Assembly: GCA_963836755.1 (NCBI GenBank)
Contig: CAWIKF010000001.1
Coordinates: 480,001-544,000, forward strand
DNA length: 64,000 bases
From: an uncultured Verrucomicrobiae bacterium
Lineage (GTDB): Bacteria; Verrucomicrobiota; Verrucomicrobiia; Chthoniobacterales; Chthoniobacteraceae
Reading direction: 5' to 3'
Made by a program: the position numbers and the translations under genes
Part shown: in pieces, positions 1-10,376 of the stretch
How the letters are laid out: the number at the start of each line of letters is the position of its first letter
How positions within the stretch are numbered: the first letter of the stretch is position 1
The notes under the pieces: model-generated
What the model saw: only the letters and a program-made list of their open reading frames with translations
What the model was told of the DNA's origin: nothing
Databases searched by the model: none

Positions 1-419
1 GTGATGCGCCATCTGCGCCCGGAGTTACTGTTTTCGGCCGTGTTACGGAGGATAAGCTTGTTGAGCTGTATCGCAAAGCATGGGTGTTCTCGTTGCCCAG
101 CAGCTATGAGGGCTTTGGAGTTCCTTACATCGAGGCGATGGCGAGTGGAACTGCTGTTGTGGCAACGCCAAATCCCGGGGCGAAAGAGGTGCTAGGCGAG
201 GGAAGCTTTGGTCATCTTGTGGAGCCCGGCGAATTAGGTCACGCGCTCGTTGATCTTTTAAAGGATCCCATCAAGCGAGCTCACTTTGAAAAACAGGGGC
301 TGCAACGTGCACAGGATTTTAGTTGGACGAGGATTGCGCAGCAATACGAAGAGCTGTATCAAGAGTTAGGCGCGGCCTCACCGGAACGTCGGCGGGAACC
401 AGCTTTTTCGGAGTCATGA
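1..419 (+). CDS. GT4 family glycosyltransferase, 5'-truncated by the window edge
   Basis: Frame is open from base 3 and contains the GT4 motif LPSSYEGFGVPYIEAMASGTAVV; C-terminal FSW..IA..Y helix; its TGA overlaps the next ATG (ATGA at 416-419). Confidence 0.9.
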   Translation, partial: DAPSAPGVTVFGRVTEDKLVELYRKAWVFSLPSSYEGFGVPYIEAMASGTAVVATPNPGAKEVLGEGSFGHLVEPGELGHALVDLLKDPIKRAHFEKQGLQRAQDFSWTRIAQQYEELYQELGAASPERRREPAFSES

Positions 420-1588
420 ACATTGCCCTTTTCGCAAGCGCATTTCATCCGCATTTCGGAGGCGTGGAAGAACTTGTGCGCCAGCTTGCACACGAGTTAC
501 AGAGTCGCGGGCATCACGTGATTGTTTTGACGAACCGGTGGCCGCGTTCGTTGGCGGCATATGAGGAATTCGAAGGGCTTCCAGTTTATCGACTACCATT
601 TCGCATCGCCGAGCAGAGTCTGAAATCAAAGATAACTTACCGTCTAACACATGATCGCATATGTGCGCAGATGTTCAGGATATTGGAGCGACATTCCATC
701 GAGGTCCTGCATGTCCAATGCGTCAGTTCAAATGCCTACTATGCGTTGGAAGCAAGAGAAGTTTGTAGTCTACCGCTGGTCGTAACGCTGCAAGGTGAAT
801 TAACAATGGACGCAAACCAGCTGTATCAGCGCTCGGCATGGGCGCAGGAGACTTTGCGGCGTGCGTTGCGCGAAGCGGAGCTGGTGACCGGTTGCTCAGC
901 GAAAACGATTAGTGATGCCGAAGGATTTTTGGAAGAACCTTTGCCGAAAGCACGCGCGATATTTAACGCAGCTAATCTAGAAGACTTTGCTAATGCCAAG
1001 CCGTGGAAGCACGAGCGCCCTTACATTTTCGCGCTTGGTCGGCTGGTTCCACAGAAAGGAATGGATCTTTTGATCGAAGGTTATGCGGAAGCCGATCTGG
1101 CCGACTTTGACTTATTGATCGCCGGCGACGGACCGGAACGTCCACCATTGCAGGAGTTGGTTCAAAAGCTTGGCTTGCAACAGCGTGTGCATTTGCTTGG
1201 AAGGGCTGAGCGCCTAAAGGTCGCCTCACTTTTTCTTGGCTGCTCCTTCTTTGCATTGCCTTCGCGGGCGGATGAAGGGTTACCGGTTGTCTGTGCGGAA
1301 GCAATGGCTGCGGGGAAAGCTGTGATCGCTGCGCGCGCGGGAGGCACACCTGAAGCCGTGATCGATGGAGAAAACGGAATCATTTTCGAAAAAGAGGACC
1401 GGCCAGCCCTTGTGGCTGGCCTAAAGAAGCTTGCCTACGATCCGATATTGCGGGAGCAGTTCGGGAAAGCCGGCGCAAGACGAGCAGCGGAGTTTTCGTG
1501 GCCCTGCGTTACGGAGCAATACCTTGCTGCCTATCAAGATGCGCAGCGGCTTACTTCAAACGTGTTGTCAGTGGGTGCCGACCGGTGA
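416..1588 (+). CDS. GT4 family glycosyltransferase
   Basis: N-terminal MNIALFASAFHPHFGGVE; GRLVPQKG and EGLPVVCAEAMAAGK motifs; start placed at the ATGA overlap. Confidence 0.92.
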   Translation: MNIALFASAFHPHFGGVEELVRQLAHELQSRGHHVIVLTNRWPRSLAAYEEFEGLPVYRLPFRIAEQSLKSKITYRLTHDRICAQMFRILERHSIEVLHVQCVSSNAYYALEAREVCSLPLVVTLQGELTMDANQLYQRSAWAQETLRRALREAELVTGCSAKTISDAEGFLEEPLPKARAIFNAANLEDFANAKPWKHERPYIFALGRLVPQKGMDLLIEGYAEADLADFDLLIAGDGPERPPLQELVQKLGLQQRVHLLGRAERLKVASLFLGCSFFALPSRADEGLPVVCAEAMAAGKAVIAARAGGTPEAVIDGENGIIFEKEDRPALVAGLKKLAYDPILREQFGKAGARRAAEFSWPCVTEQYLAAYQDAQRLTSNVLSVGADR

Positions 1589-1591
1589 CTC

Positions 1592-2491
1592 ATGGTAATA
1601 GTTCGCATCTGGGGTGGTCTCGGAAATCAACTCTTTCAATATGCCGCAGGTTTTGCGGTCGCCTCGAAACTCAAGACGACGCTTCTCCTTGACACCTGGC
1701 GTAACGACCTCGATCCCAACCGACCAAATGAACTGCACCACTTCAATGTTACGGCGCGTCCGTGGAATAAGAAGGAGCGGACTTTTTGGGAAAAGATCAT
1801 CAGGATTGTTCGACCCTCGGATGGACAAACGGGCCGATGGGCAAGGTTCTTGAAAAAGAGTATCCAACCCTTCGTCAACGGCCGTTTTAATTACGTCGAG
1901 GATTTGTATTGCGGGTATCAGCCGCAGATTTTTTCTCATCAAAATCACGTGTATCTGGCAGGGACATGGGCGTCTGAGAAATATTTTGAAGAAGTGTCCG
2001 CTCCGGTTAGGGCCCAATATGCACTCAAGCGTCCGCCGGATGATGAGAACCTTCGGATGCTGGACAAGATGAGCTCTTCCGAATCGATTTGTCTGCATGT
2101 TAGAAGAGGTGATTATGTTTCAGTTCCAGAGACGCGTGAGCGTCATGGACTTTGCAGCCTTGACTATTACAACAGGTCTTTGGAATACCTTTCGCAACGA
2201 CTGAAGGATCCGACCGTCTATGTCTTTTCGGATGATCCAGGTTGGGTGAAGGATAACCTTCGACCTGTGCAGAGAACGTGCTACGTGACTCATAACTTTG
2301 GGCGACAAAATCACCTGGACCTGCCTCTCATGTCTGCGTGTCAGCACTTCATCATCGCCAACAGCACATTCAGCTGGTGGGGGGCATGGTTGTCGGATCG
2401 GCCAGGCAAGATTGTCATCGCTCCCAGGCAATGGACGGCGGATTCTTCGAGGCTTGATGATCCTATTCCCGAAAGATGGATCAGACTATGA
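1592..2491 (+). CDS. Alpha-1,2-fucosyltransferase (GT11)
   Basis: GT11 motifs GGLGNQLFQYA, HVRRGDY, VFSDD and IIANSTFSWWGAWL. Confidence 0.93.
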   Translation: MVIVRIWGGLGNQLFQYAAGFAVASKLKTTLLLDTWRNDLDPNRPNELHHFNVTARPWNKKERTFWEKIIRIVRPSDGQTGRWARFLKKSIQPFVNGRFNYVEDLYCGYQPQIFSHQNHVYLAGTWASEKYFEEVSAPVRAQYALKRPPDDENLRMLDKMSSSESICLHVRRGDYVSVPETRERHGLCSLDYYNRSLEYLSQRLKDPTVYVFSDDPGWVKDNLRPVQRTCYVTHNFGRQNHLDLPLMSACQHFIIANSTFSWWGAWLSDRPGKIVIAPRQWTADSSRLDDPIPERWIRL

Positions 2492-3720
2492 CGGCGGTTC
2501 GGTCAAATCCCGACTCTCTTGCACGCGTATCCGTGAAGGATGAGCTTGAAGTGGAAAGCACTGGAAAGATGAGTCCGCGCCCTTTCATCTTTGTTCCGAT
2601 TCCAGGCGACCATTATACGCCTTTGAATGGCAGCGCGATCATGACGTTGGTGTATGAGTTTACACGGAAGCATGTGGAGGCCGGTGGGCATTCGCGGATC
2701 ATTATTGGTCGCAACGCAATGCATGACTATGACGCTGGAGAGTGCGTAAAGGTCGACTTTGGCCCACTACCATCTCGGAATCAAAAAATTGTCGACATCG
2801 CGGCAGGACGACTGGGAATGGAACGTCCGAATATCAACAGAGTTTATTCGCCGGCACTTGGAGCCGTGGAGAAAAACTTCGACGGCACGATCTTTATACA
2901 AAATACGGGCAGCCCGACGCGTCTTTTTAAACGGCATAGCCCTAACGCTCAAGTGTGTGTTAATGTTCACAACGCCGTGTTTGATACTTATGGTTCGCGA
3001 GAGCTGCACCAAACAGTCGACGCAGCGGATCTAGTCATATGTAACTGCCACTTTCTCGCCGAGCAGTTGTCCCAAAGGTTGCACCGCGGACTGGAAAAGT
3101 TGCGGGTGGTCCACAACGGCGTTGATACTTCGCGTTTCGTTCCGCGGAGGGAACTGATTCCCGATGATGAAGTCGTTATTCTGTTTGTTGCGCGAATGGT
3201 TCCGACTAAAGGAGCGGATCTCTTGATCAATGCAGCCCTTGAACTTCAGCGGATGGGTAAGCGTTTTAAGCTACGCATTGTGGGAAGTCGGGGCTTTTCC
3301 GACAAAGATCCTCTTTCAGGATATGAGCTTGATCTTCGAAAGATGGCGGAGCCCTTAGGTAGTCGCGTTGAGTTTCTTCCTTTCATGGACCGGAATAAGA
3401 TTCTCTCTATATACCAATCCGCCTCAGTTTTTTGCGCACCGTCCAACTATGATGAGCCGTGCACGCTCGCTATCCCCGAGGCGATGTCGTGCGGTGTCCC
3501 CGTCGTAGCTTCGAGACGCGGAGGGATTCCCGAGATAGGAGCCGATGCGATCCTTTACTTCGATCCACCAAACACGAAGGATCTTGCGGACAAGCTTGCC
3601 AGCCTGGTTGACGATGAGGCTGCCCGTGTCGACTTTGGACGACGTGCTCGAGCACGTGCAGAAGAAATGGATTGGACCATTCAATATCGGGTGCAGTGTG
3701 ACGCATTGGGAAAATCCTAG
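2488..3720 (+). CDS. GT4 family glycosyltransferase
   Basis: VVHNGVD, ARMVPTKG and EPCTLAIPEAMSCGVPVV motifs; ATG at 2488 overlaps the GT11 stop (ATGA). Confidence 0.9.
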   Translation: MTAVRSNPDSLARVSVKDELEVESTGKMSPRPFIFVPIPGDHYTPLNGSAIMTLVYEFTRKHVEAGGHSRIIIGRNAMHDYDAGECVKVDFGPLPSRNQKIVDIAAGRLGMERPNINRVYSPALGAVEKNFDGTIFIQNTGSPTRLFKRHSPNAQVCVNVHNAVFDTYGSRELHQTVDAADLVICNCHFLAEQLSQRLHRGLEKLRVVHNGVDTSRFVPRRELIPDDEVVILFVARMVPTKGADLLINAALELQRMGKRFKLRIVGSRGFSDKDPLSGYELDLRKMAEPLGSRVEFLPFMDRNKILSIYQSASVFCAPSNYDEPCTLAIPEAMSCGVPVVASRRGGIPEIGADAILYFDPPNTKDLADKLASLVDDEAARVDFGRRARARAEEMDWTIQYRVQCDALGKS

Positions 3721-3727
3721 TCGGGCC

Positions 3728-4933
3728 ATGTTGGAAACAGTTTCATTAGCCGATCTTCCGAAGAACGAAACTACCGAGGCGGAGATGCCCGACTTGATCT
3801 TCGTTTCGATGGAAAACTGGGACGAAGTGTGGAGACGGAATCAATTTCTTTGTTCCAGCTTGGCACGGCGCTTTCCGGATCGGAAGATTCTATTCGTCGG
3901 CATGCCTTGGGACGTTACGAGGCATCTGAGACGAGGAACCTTGAGAGAATTGCGGAAGCCGATCACGTGGAAGATCCCGGCGCTGCCTAATATCACGGTT
4001 GCTCATCCATTGAAGTTTTTTCCCGAGTCTTTCAAGATCGGGCAGTGGTTAAATGAGTGGATCAGCCGCATTCAATTGCGCCGGACCGCACGGCGCCTTC
4101 GGATGAAGCAGCCACTCCTTTGGTTGAATCCGCATTCCGCCGTGCATATGGCGGGAGAGATGGGAGAGCGCGCCGTTATCTATGACATTACCGACGACTG
4201 GAGCCTGACACCGTGCTTTTCGGAAAAACTTCGTGAGCGAATCAAAGAACAGGACACGAAGCTATGCGGGCTCGCCGATCTAGTCATTGTTTGCTCTGAT
4301 GATCTTTACAGGACTAGGAAACAAGCATGCCGACGCATCCTTCTTTTGCCCAACGGGGTGAATGTTGAGCATTACAGCAAAGCGCTGCCGGCAGCAGAGC
4401 CCGACGGATTGCAAAGGCCCGTTTTTGGCTACACCGGCACGCTGCATCCCGATCGGACTGACGTCTCGCTCATCGCGGCACTTGCGGACGCATTCCCAGA
4501 GGGCACGGTCATGCTTGTCGGACCGAATCATTTTACATCCCGCGAAAACGAGATTCTGGCATCTCGGCGGAACGTGGTCATGCCAGGAGCTGCGCCGTAT
4601 GCTCAAATTCCGGAAATCATGAATCGGTTTGACGTCTGCATCGTGCCGCACGTCGAGACGCCATTTACCGAGAGCCTTAACCCTATTAAACTTTGGGAGT
4701 ATTTGGCATCCGGAAAGCCGATAGTCAGCTCGAACATCGCGGGCTTTCGAGACTACGCACACCTATGCAAGATCGCGTCCGGCACGGAAGAGTTTGTAAA
4801 GGCGTGCCAGCTTGCGTTACGTGAAAACGGGAGCCAACGTGCTGAGAGAATGAGTGAGGCCCGACGAAATACTTGGGAAAGCCGCGTGGATGGCTTGCTT
4901 TCTGCACTTAAAGAGCAGCAATTGGTGAACTAA
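3728..4933 (+). CDS. GT-B fold glycosyltransferase (TuaH/GumK-like, GT4-related)
   Basis: WDEVWRRNQFL, IYDITDDW, LLPNGVN and NPIKLWEYLASGKPIVS motifs. Confidence 0.88.
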   Translation: MLETVSLADLPKNETTEAEMPDLIFVSMENWDEVWRRNQFLCSSLARRFPDRKILFVGMPWDVTRHLRRGTLRELRKPITWKIPALPNITVAHPLKFFPESFKIGQWLNEWISRIQLRRTARRLRMKQPLLWLNPHSAVHMAGEMGERAVIYDITDDWSLTPCFSEKLRERIKEQDTKLCGLADLVIVCSDDLYRTRKQACRRILLLPNGVNVEHYSKALPAAEPDGLQRPVFGYTGTLHPDRTDVSLIAALADAFPEGTVMLVGPNHFTSRENEILASRRNVVMPGAAPYAQIPEIMNRFDVCIVPHVETPFTESLNPIKLWEYLASGKPIVSSNIAGFRDYAHLCKIASGTEEFVKACQLALRENGSQRAERMSEARRNTWESRVDGLLSALKEQQLVN

Positions 4934-4951
4934 AGCGATAGATTTGATCAC

Positions 4952-5746
4952 ATGTCCCAAGAGGTATTAAATGCCGAAGAACAGAAGCGTCTGGATATCG
5001 AGTATCATAAGAGCGCTGCCGCCAAGTATGATGCCGACGTCACGAGCTACTTTCACTTCTATCATGTTTACTCTCTACACCCTTGGGTTCAGCGGCTTCT
5101 GCGCCGGTATCCACAGGCTTCTGCAGTAGATCTCGGAACTGGCACGGGAGTCGTCGCCTGCACATTGGCGAAGTTCGGCTGTCGCGTCCGCGCGATCGAT
5201 CATTCGGCGGAGATGTTGGCAATCGCACAACAGCGCGCAAAGTCCGACGGAGTGGATGGACGGATTGATTTCGACTTGGGAGATGGGGAGAAACTTCCCT
5301 ACGCTGACAACTCTTTCGACGCAGCGACTATTCAAGGCGTGCTGCATCATCTGCCAGATAACGGTCCTTTGTTACGAGAAGCTTACAGAGTGCTTCGCGC
5401 CGACGGAGAGCTATATATCTCGGAACCTTGCGACGAAGGCACGGCTATCAGTAAGTTTCTGAATCGTCTATTGCCGCGTCTAAAGGCGCTCTTAAGGCTG
5501 GGCTCACACCATCCCGATGTTTCGGAGCATGAAGCACCGATCTCGGGACCGAAGCTAATCTCTGACTTGCGAGCAATGGGATTTGCCGTGGAGTCGGAGT
5601 ATCTGGTGAATGTCGGCGTGGTTCGCTTTCTCCCTAAGTCATTGCGAATCTGGACGACTCTGGCACTTTCGCTGCCCACGCGTCACCGGCGCGGAGATCT
5701 TGTTTTTATAGTCGCAAAGAAAACGTCCGCCAAGTTGGCTGCCTGA
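4952..5746 (+). CDS. Class I SAM-dependent methyltransferase
   Basis: VDLGTGTG motif I, LPYADNSFDA, VLHHLPD. Confidence 0.9.
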   Translation: MSQEVLNAEEQKRLDIEYHKSAAAKYDADVTSYFHFYHVYSLHPWVQRLLRRYPQASAVDLGTGTGVVACTLAKFGCRVRAIDHSAEMLAIAQQRAKSDGVDGRIDFDLGDGEKLPYADNSFDAATIQGVLHHLPDNGPLLREAYRVLRADGELYISEPCDEGTAISKFLNRLLPRLKALLRLGSHHPDVSEHEAPISGPKLISDLRAMGFAVESEYLVNVGVVRFLPKSLRIWTTLALSLPTRHRRGDLVFIVAKKTSAKLAA

Positions 5747-5765
5747 TAGGCACGCATGCGAGGGC

Positions 5766-6692
5766 ATGCCTCTGATGAACATTTCTGCAATCGTAGTGAG
5801 TTATAATACCCGTGAGATGACGCTCCGTTGTCTGGATGCGCTGGAAGCTGCACTCAGGGAATTTAAGGTCGAAATCATTCTTGTAGATAATGCATCCAAG
5901 GATGGCAGCGCAGAGGCAGCGCGCGCTGCCTTTCCCTCCGTAAAAGTGTTTGCGAGTCCGCGGAATGGTGGATTCGGTGCCGCGAATAATGAAGCAATGC
6001 AAGCCGCGAGCGGGGACTACTTTCTGCTGGTCAACAGCGATGCTTTTATCGAGGCAGAGGCAATAGAAACGATGCTTGATTTCATGCGCGTAAATCCGAG
6101 AGTCGCCGTCGTAGGTCCAACACTGGTGAACCACGATGGTTCCGCTCAGGATTCCTGCTTTCGATTTCCATCACCAAGCTATGCATGGATGGAAAACCTC
6201 TGGTTGTCAAACGGTTACAAACACAATCGACGCGACGAAATCCGCAGTGTCGATTTTGTTATTGGCGCCTGTATGCTTGTCCGCAGGTCTGCTTATGAAG
6301 AAGTAGGTGGGTTTGATGAACAGTTCTTCATGTATTGCGAGGAGGCTGATTGGCAGCGGCGCATGCAGGACCGGGGATGGGAAGTAATGTATATACCGAC
6401 GGTTCCGATTCTTCACATCGCCGGGGCGAGTGATACGCAAAAGGTAGCTATCAGCGAGGTTTTCTTCAAAAGCCTCGATCGTTACATCATGAAACATCAC
6501 GGCTTCCCGGGCTTACTGTCCTTTCGCTGCGCGATGGTGCTGGGCTGCACGATGCGCGCCGCCATTTGGAGCGTGGCATCTTTGATTCAAAATCCTTCCG
6601 GACGCGCATCAGCCAGGCGCCGTCGTCATCTCGCCCTGATCCGGCGGCAGGCGATGGATTGGTCATGGAACCACAGCTCGCAACCCATCTAG
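5766..6692 (+). CDS. GT2 family glycosyltransferase (WbbL/rhamnosyltransferase-like)
   Basis: IVVSYN, LVDNASKDGS, NGGFGAANN, LVNSD and GGFDEQFFMYCEEADW motifs. Confidence 0.92.
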   Translation: MPLMNISAIVVSYNTREMTLRCLDALEAALREFKVEIILVDNASKDGSAEAARAAFPSVKVFASPRNGGFGAANNEAMQAASGDYFLLVNSDAFIEAEAIETMLDFMRVNPRVAVVGPTLVNHDGSAQDSCFRFPSPSYAWMENLWLSNGYKHNRRDEIRSVDFVIGACMLVRRSAYEEVGGFDEQFFMYCEEADWQRRMQDRGWEVMYIPTVPILHIAGASDTQKVAISEVFFKSLDRYIMKHHGFPGLLSFRCAMVLGCTMRAAIWSVASLIQNPSGRASARRRRHLALIRRQAMDWSWNHSSQPI

Positions 6693-6701
6693 TTTTCTCC
6701 C

Positions 6702-7943
6702 GTGACTCTCTATCTAGTTGGCGCGATTTACGCCGTCATTTTTTGGATTGTAGGAAGCAGACATCCAAAGGTGCCGCTTATGCTGATCTTTGCGTTGGCG
6801 CCGTTTCAAAACGACATATCGGGAGGTGGACCGCTTCGTTTCTCGATAGCTGAGATCAATCTCTTTCTCACGGTTCCGCTTCTCATACTGGGTAAACGTA
6901 GGATGAGCCTTGGCCCGCTCACAATGGCAATCGGATTTTACATGTTGGTTTCAGTCGGATGCACGCTGCTTAGCTGGCGGAGCACTTCATTGGTATCGCT
7001 TACGCAGATGGGTCTCTACCTGATCGTTGCCGTTATCGTGTTCTCGGCGCTGCCGCGAAGCGAAACAGATTTTCGGCTGGCGCTAGATGGTTTAATCTTC
7101 GTGTCGGTCATCATGGCTAGTGCTGTGGTTATCAAACGTTCGGGCTATGTTTGGGGTTTGCATAAGAACGGAGTGGGAGCATCGCTCGGAGCGGCGGTGA
7201 TTGTGGGGACAGAGCTATGGTTCGCCGCAAAGGGGCGTCGAAAGCATATCTTATCCCTTGCGCTGGCGATCATCGCAGCAGGCTTATTCTTTTCGCTTTC
7301 ACGTGGAGCATGGCTAGGGGCAGTGATTGGAATTTTCGTCCTAATCGCCCTACGTCGTCAATTTCGTCTCCTCATTCGCATGGCGGTCATTCTTGTGCCG
7401 CTGGTTACAGTATGCTGGGCATACCTTCCTGATTCCTCGCGCTCATACGCCACCGGCTTTAGTGACGAAAATTTCAACATTCAGATGCGATACCGTTCCG
7501 TAGATTACGCAAAGGAGCTATTTCTGAGCAGTCCTATCACAGGGGTTGGGGTAGGTCTAAGAAAGGAATACGATGCCACGAACCTAATCTGGTGCACGTT
7601 GGCAGAAACGGGAGTCATAGGCCTGATCGCTTTGCTGTATCTTCATTACTCGGTGCTGCGGATGACATGGAAAGCGCAGAAACATATGGATCGTTCTACT
7701 ACTCTCTACTCCGGTGTGGCATTGGGCGCTGCGCTCGTCATCTCGAGATTTATGCATGGGATGGTCGATCATTACTGGGGAAGAGGGCCAACAACCGACG
7801 TGTGGGCCGCAGCCGGAATGGCACTCTTTGGTTATTTTGCTAACAAGCGACACATGTGGATCGCCAGGTGGGAAGCGATGCAACAAGCTGCACAGGAAGA
7901 AGCGCTGCCTGGGACCATCGAATCGATTCCAGCACTTCACTAG
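6702..7943 (+). CDS. O-antigen ligase / Wzy polymerase family membrane protein
   Basis: About 10-12 hydrophobic segments; SLSRGAW motif; SPITGVGVG..N...LAETGVIG pattern of the Wzy_C domain; GTG start. Confidence 0.82.
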   Translation: MTLYLVGAIYAVIFWIVGSRHPKVPLMLIFALAPFQNDISGGGPLRFSIAEINLFLTVPLLILGKRRMSLGPLTMAIGFYMLVSVGCTLLSWRSTSLVSLTQMGLYLIVAVIVFSALPRSETDFRLALDGLIFVSVIMASAVVIKRSGYVWGLHKNGVGASLGAAVIVGTELWFAAKGRRKHILSLALAIIAAGLFFSLSRGAWLGAVIGIFVLIALRRQFRLLIRMAVILVPLVTVCWAYLPDSSRSYATGFSDENFNIQMRYRSVDYAKELFLSSPITGVGVGLRKEYDATNLIWCTLAETGVIGLIALLYLHYSVLRMTWKAQKHMDRSTTLYSGVALGAALVISRFMHGMVDHYWGRGPTTDVWAAAGMALFGYFANKRHMWIARWEAMQQAAQEEALPGTIESIPALH

Positions 7944-7947
7944 ATTC

Positions 7948-9129
7948 ATGCGCATTGCCTTGTGCTACCCAGGTTGCCACCGGAGAGGAGGGATTGAACG
8001 AGTCCTTCTGGAGTGTGCGAACTTTCTGAGTAACCGCGGGCACGAAGTCCACGTCTTCTCAGCTGCATGGGATCACGACGCGCTGGATTCTGACGTCATC
8101 CGTCACAATGTTCCGATGCTTCTCAACTTTTCTTTTGGAGCAGTAGTCGAATATGCCATCAAAAGCAGGCGGATGCTCTCACGTCTTACCCCTCCGGTTG
8201 ATGTTGTGGGAATGTTTGGAGTGCAATGTCCGCCCGGTGATGTTCTCTGGGTGCCGAGTGTGCACCGCGCTTGGCTGGAAATTTCCCGGGGCAGTCGAAA
8301 TTGGATAGGTCGGCTAAAGCAACTTCTTAATCCTTTTCATGCGGTGATCCTCGCATATGAAAGGTCCTGCTTTGATTCGCATAATCACAAGAAGCTGCTT
8401 GCGCTGACGAATGCAGTGCAAGCGGATGTGGGAAAATACTACGACGTCCCACAAGACAATATTTCGATACTTCCAAATGGTTTTTCGGAGACGGAATTTA
8501 ACGTCAGTGGACGTAGCTCGAGGCGCAACGCCATGCGCGCGAGACTGGGCTACAACGACTCCGACCGGGTCGTCGTCTTTGTGGCGAATGAAATGGCTCG
8601 GAAAGGCTTCGTGCCACTGCTAAGAGCCATCGCTTTGTTGAAAGATCCTCGAGTCAAAGTTCTCGCTGTAGGTCGTCTAAAACCGACCGCTGCAGCCAAT
8701 GAAGTTGAGCGTCTTGAAATGTCCGCGCGCGTTCATTTTACGGGGTCGACGAGCGACGTCGCGGCTTTCTATGCGGCGGGGGATGTTTTTGCGCTTCCTA
8801 CTGAATATGAGGCTTGGGGTTTGGTGATCGTCGAAGCGATGGCCTGCGGGTTGCCGGCCCTCACGAGTCGCCTAGCTGGTGCGGCGATCGTTATTCAAGA
8901 GGATCTTACCGGACAGTTGTTGGACGACCCGAGGAGTCCTGACGAAATCGCGGCAAAGCTGCGGCCTTTGTTAAAGGGCGAAAATCTCTCGGCAGAGGAG
9001 ATCTCCGCCTCGGTTCAAGGATACCGCTGGTCTGAGATACTCGCACGCTATGAAGAAGTTCTTTTCGCATGCGCGGCTCAAAAGTCTTCGCGAAAAGGGC
9101 TGCTGCCTATGTCTGCTGCAGCCCGGTGA
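7948..9129 (+). CDS. GT4 family glycosyltransferase (WaaG/RfaG-like)
   Basis: RRGGIER, ILPNG, RKG and YEAWGLVIVEAMACGLP motifs. Confidence 0.9.
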   Translation: MRIALCYPGCHRRGGIERVLLECANFLSNRGHEVHVFSAAWDHDALDSDVIRHNVPMLLNFSFGAVVEYAIKSRRMLSRLTPPVDVVGMFGVQCPPGDVLWVPSVHRAWLEISRGSRNWIGRLKQLLNPFHAVILAYERSCFDSHNHKKLLALTNAVQADVGKYYDVPQDNISILPNGFSETEFNVSGRSSRRNAMRARLGYNDSDRVVVFVANEMARKGFVPLLRAIALLKDPRVKVLAVGRLKPTAAANEVERLEMSARVHFTGSTSDVAAFYAAGDVFALPTEYEAWGLVIVEAMACGLPALTSRLAGAAIVIQEDLTGQLLDDPRSPDEIAAKLRPLLKGENLSAEEISASVQGYRWSEILARYEEVLFACAAQKSSRKGLLPMSAAAR

Positions 9130-9137
9130 CAGCACAC

Positions 9138-10367
9138 ATGCTTCCAGATACACTATCGACTGTGGATGAGTCGCATTCCATGGACAAATCTCCCCGGCAC
9201 GTATCGCCCAATCCGAGGCACTCCCTCAAAGTTGTGCTCTACACAGATTCCGACATTTTTGCCGGGACCGAGCGCCATATCCTAGAATTGGCGCGTGGCC
9301 TACGGCAGGAGAATGTTGATGTTGCCATAGCTTGTCCTGAAGCATCTCCGTTGATTGACCTAGCATCCCGAATGGGCGTGAAGACAATTCACGTAGAAAA
9401 GCGAGGGCTCTTGGATAGTTCCGCCATCAGGCGACTGAGAAGACTCTTCCGATCAGGAGAGATAGACATAGTCCATGCGCATAATGGTAGAACGGCGCTA
9501 TTGTCCGTCATCGCCGCGATGCTTGCGGGAAAAGGTTCAGTGGTTGCTACTCAGCACTTTCTTGAGCCGGCGCATACGACGCTCCATGGCTTGAGCGCAA
9601 TTCTTTCTCGAAAGGTGCATCGATGGGTGCAGCAGGAGGCGCGCCATTTCATCGCCGTGTCAGGAGCCGCGAAGGAACTCATGCTTGGCCGCAATAGCGG
9701 CCTAAGCCATAAGCTCTCATGGATTCCTAATGGAATCTCTGCCCCAGAACTAGATTCATTGGTTCCGGTGGACTCGGTCCGACAAGCATTGCGAGTGACC
9801 TCGGATATGCTGCTGATCGTATGTGCAGCCCGATTGGAACATGAGAAACATGTCGATGATCTTGTGGTGGCAATGAAAGGAGTCACGGAAAAGTTCCCTC
9901 GCGCGATGTGCGTCGTCGCAGGAACGGGTTCCTTGCGGGATTCGTTGCAAAAGCGAATTAACGAGCAAGGACTGTCCGGCGGCGTTCGACTACTGGGCTT
10001 TCGAGAAGACGCGCTCTCGCTTATTCAAGCAGCGGACATTTTTGTTCTACCCAGCCGCGCAGAACCGTTCGGACTGGTGCTGCTGGAAGCGATGGCGCTT
10101 GGCAAACCGGTTGTTGCCTGTGCCGCTGGGGGACCGCTGGAAATTGTCGAACACGGAGTCACGGGATTGTTGGTAGCTCCTGGAGAACCAAGCGCGATGA
10201 GTGAAGCACTTTTACAACTACTAACTGATCCGATCGCACGGAAGAAAATGGGAGAAAGTGGGCGGCGGCGCTACGAAGATTACTTCACGACTGAAAAGAT
10301 GTCAGCGGCGACTCTCAATGTATACGTGGAGTCGTTGAAGACATCATCATTCCGCATTCGCGGTTGA
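9138..10367 (+). CDS. GT4 family glycosyltransferase
   Basis: AGTERH, DIVHAH, ARLEHEK and EPFGLVLLEAMALGKPVV motifs; start could be 9138 or 9180. Confidence 0.9.
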   Translation: MLPDTLSTVDESHSMDKSPRHVSPNPRHSLKVVLYTDSDIFAGTERHILELARGLRQENVDVAIACPEASPLIDLASRMGVKTIHVEKRGLLDSSAIRRLRRLFRSGEIDIVHAHNGRTALLSVIAAMLAGKGSVVATQHFLEPAHTTLHGLSAILSRKVHRWVQQEARHFIAVSGAAKELMLGRNSGLSHKLSWIPNGISAPELDSLVPVDSVRQALRVTSDMLLIVCAARLEHEKHVDDLVVAMKGVTEKFPRAMCVVAGTGSLRDSLQKRINEQGLSGGVRLLGFREDALSLIQAADIFVLPSRAEPFGLVLLEAMALGKPVVACAAGGPLEIVEHGVTGLLVAPGEPSAMSEALLQLLTDPIARKKMGESGRRRYEDYFTTEKMSAATLNVYVESLKTSSFRIRG

Positions 10368-10376
10368 GCTTCTGGT

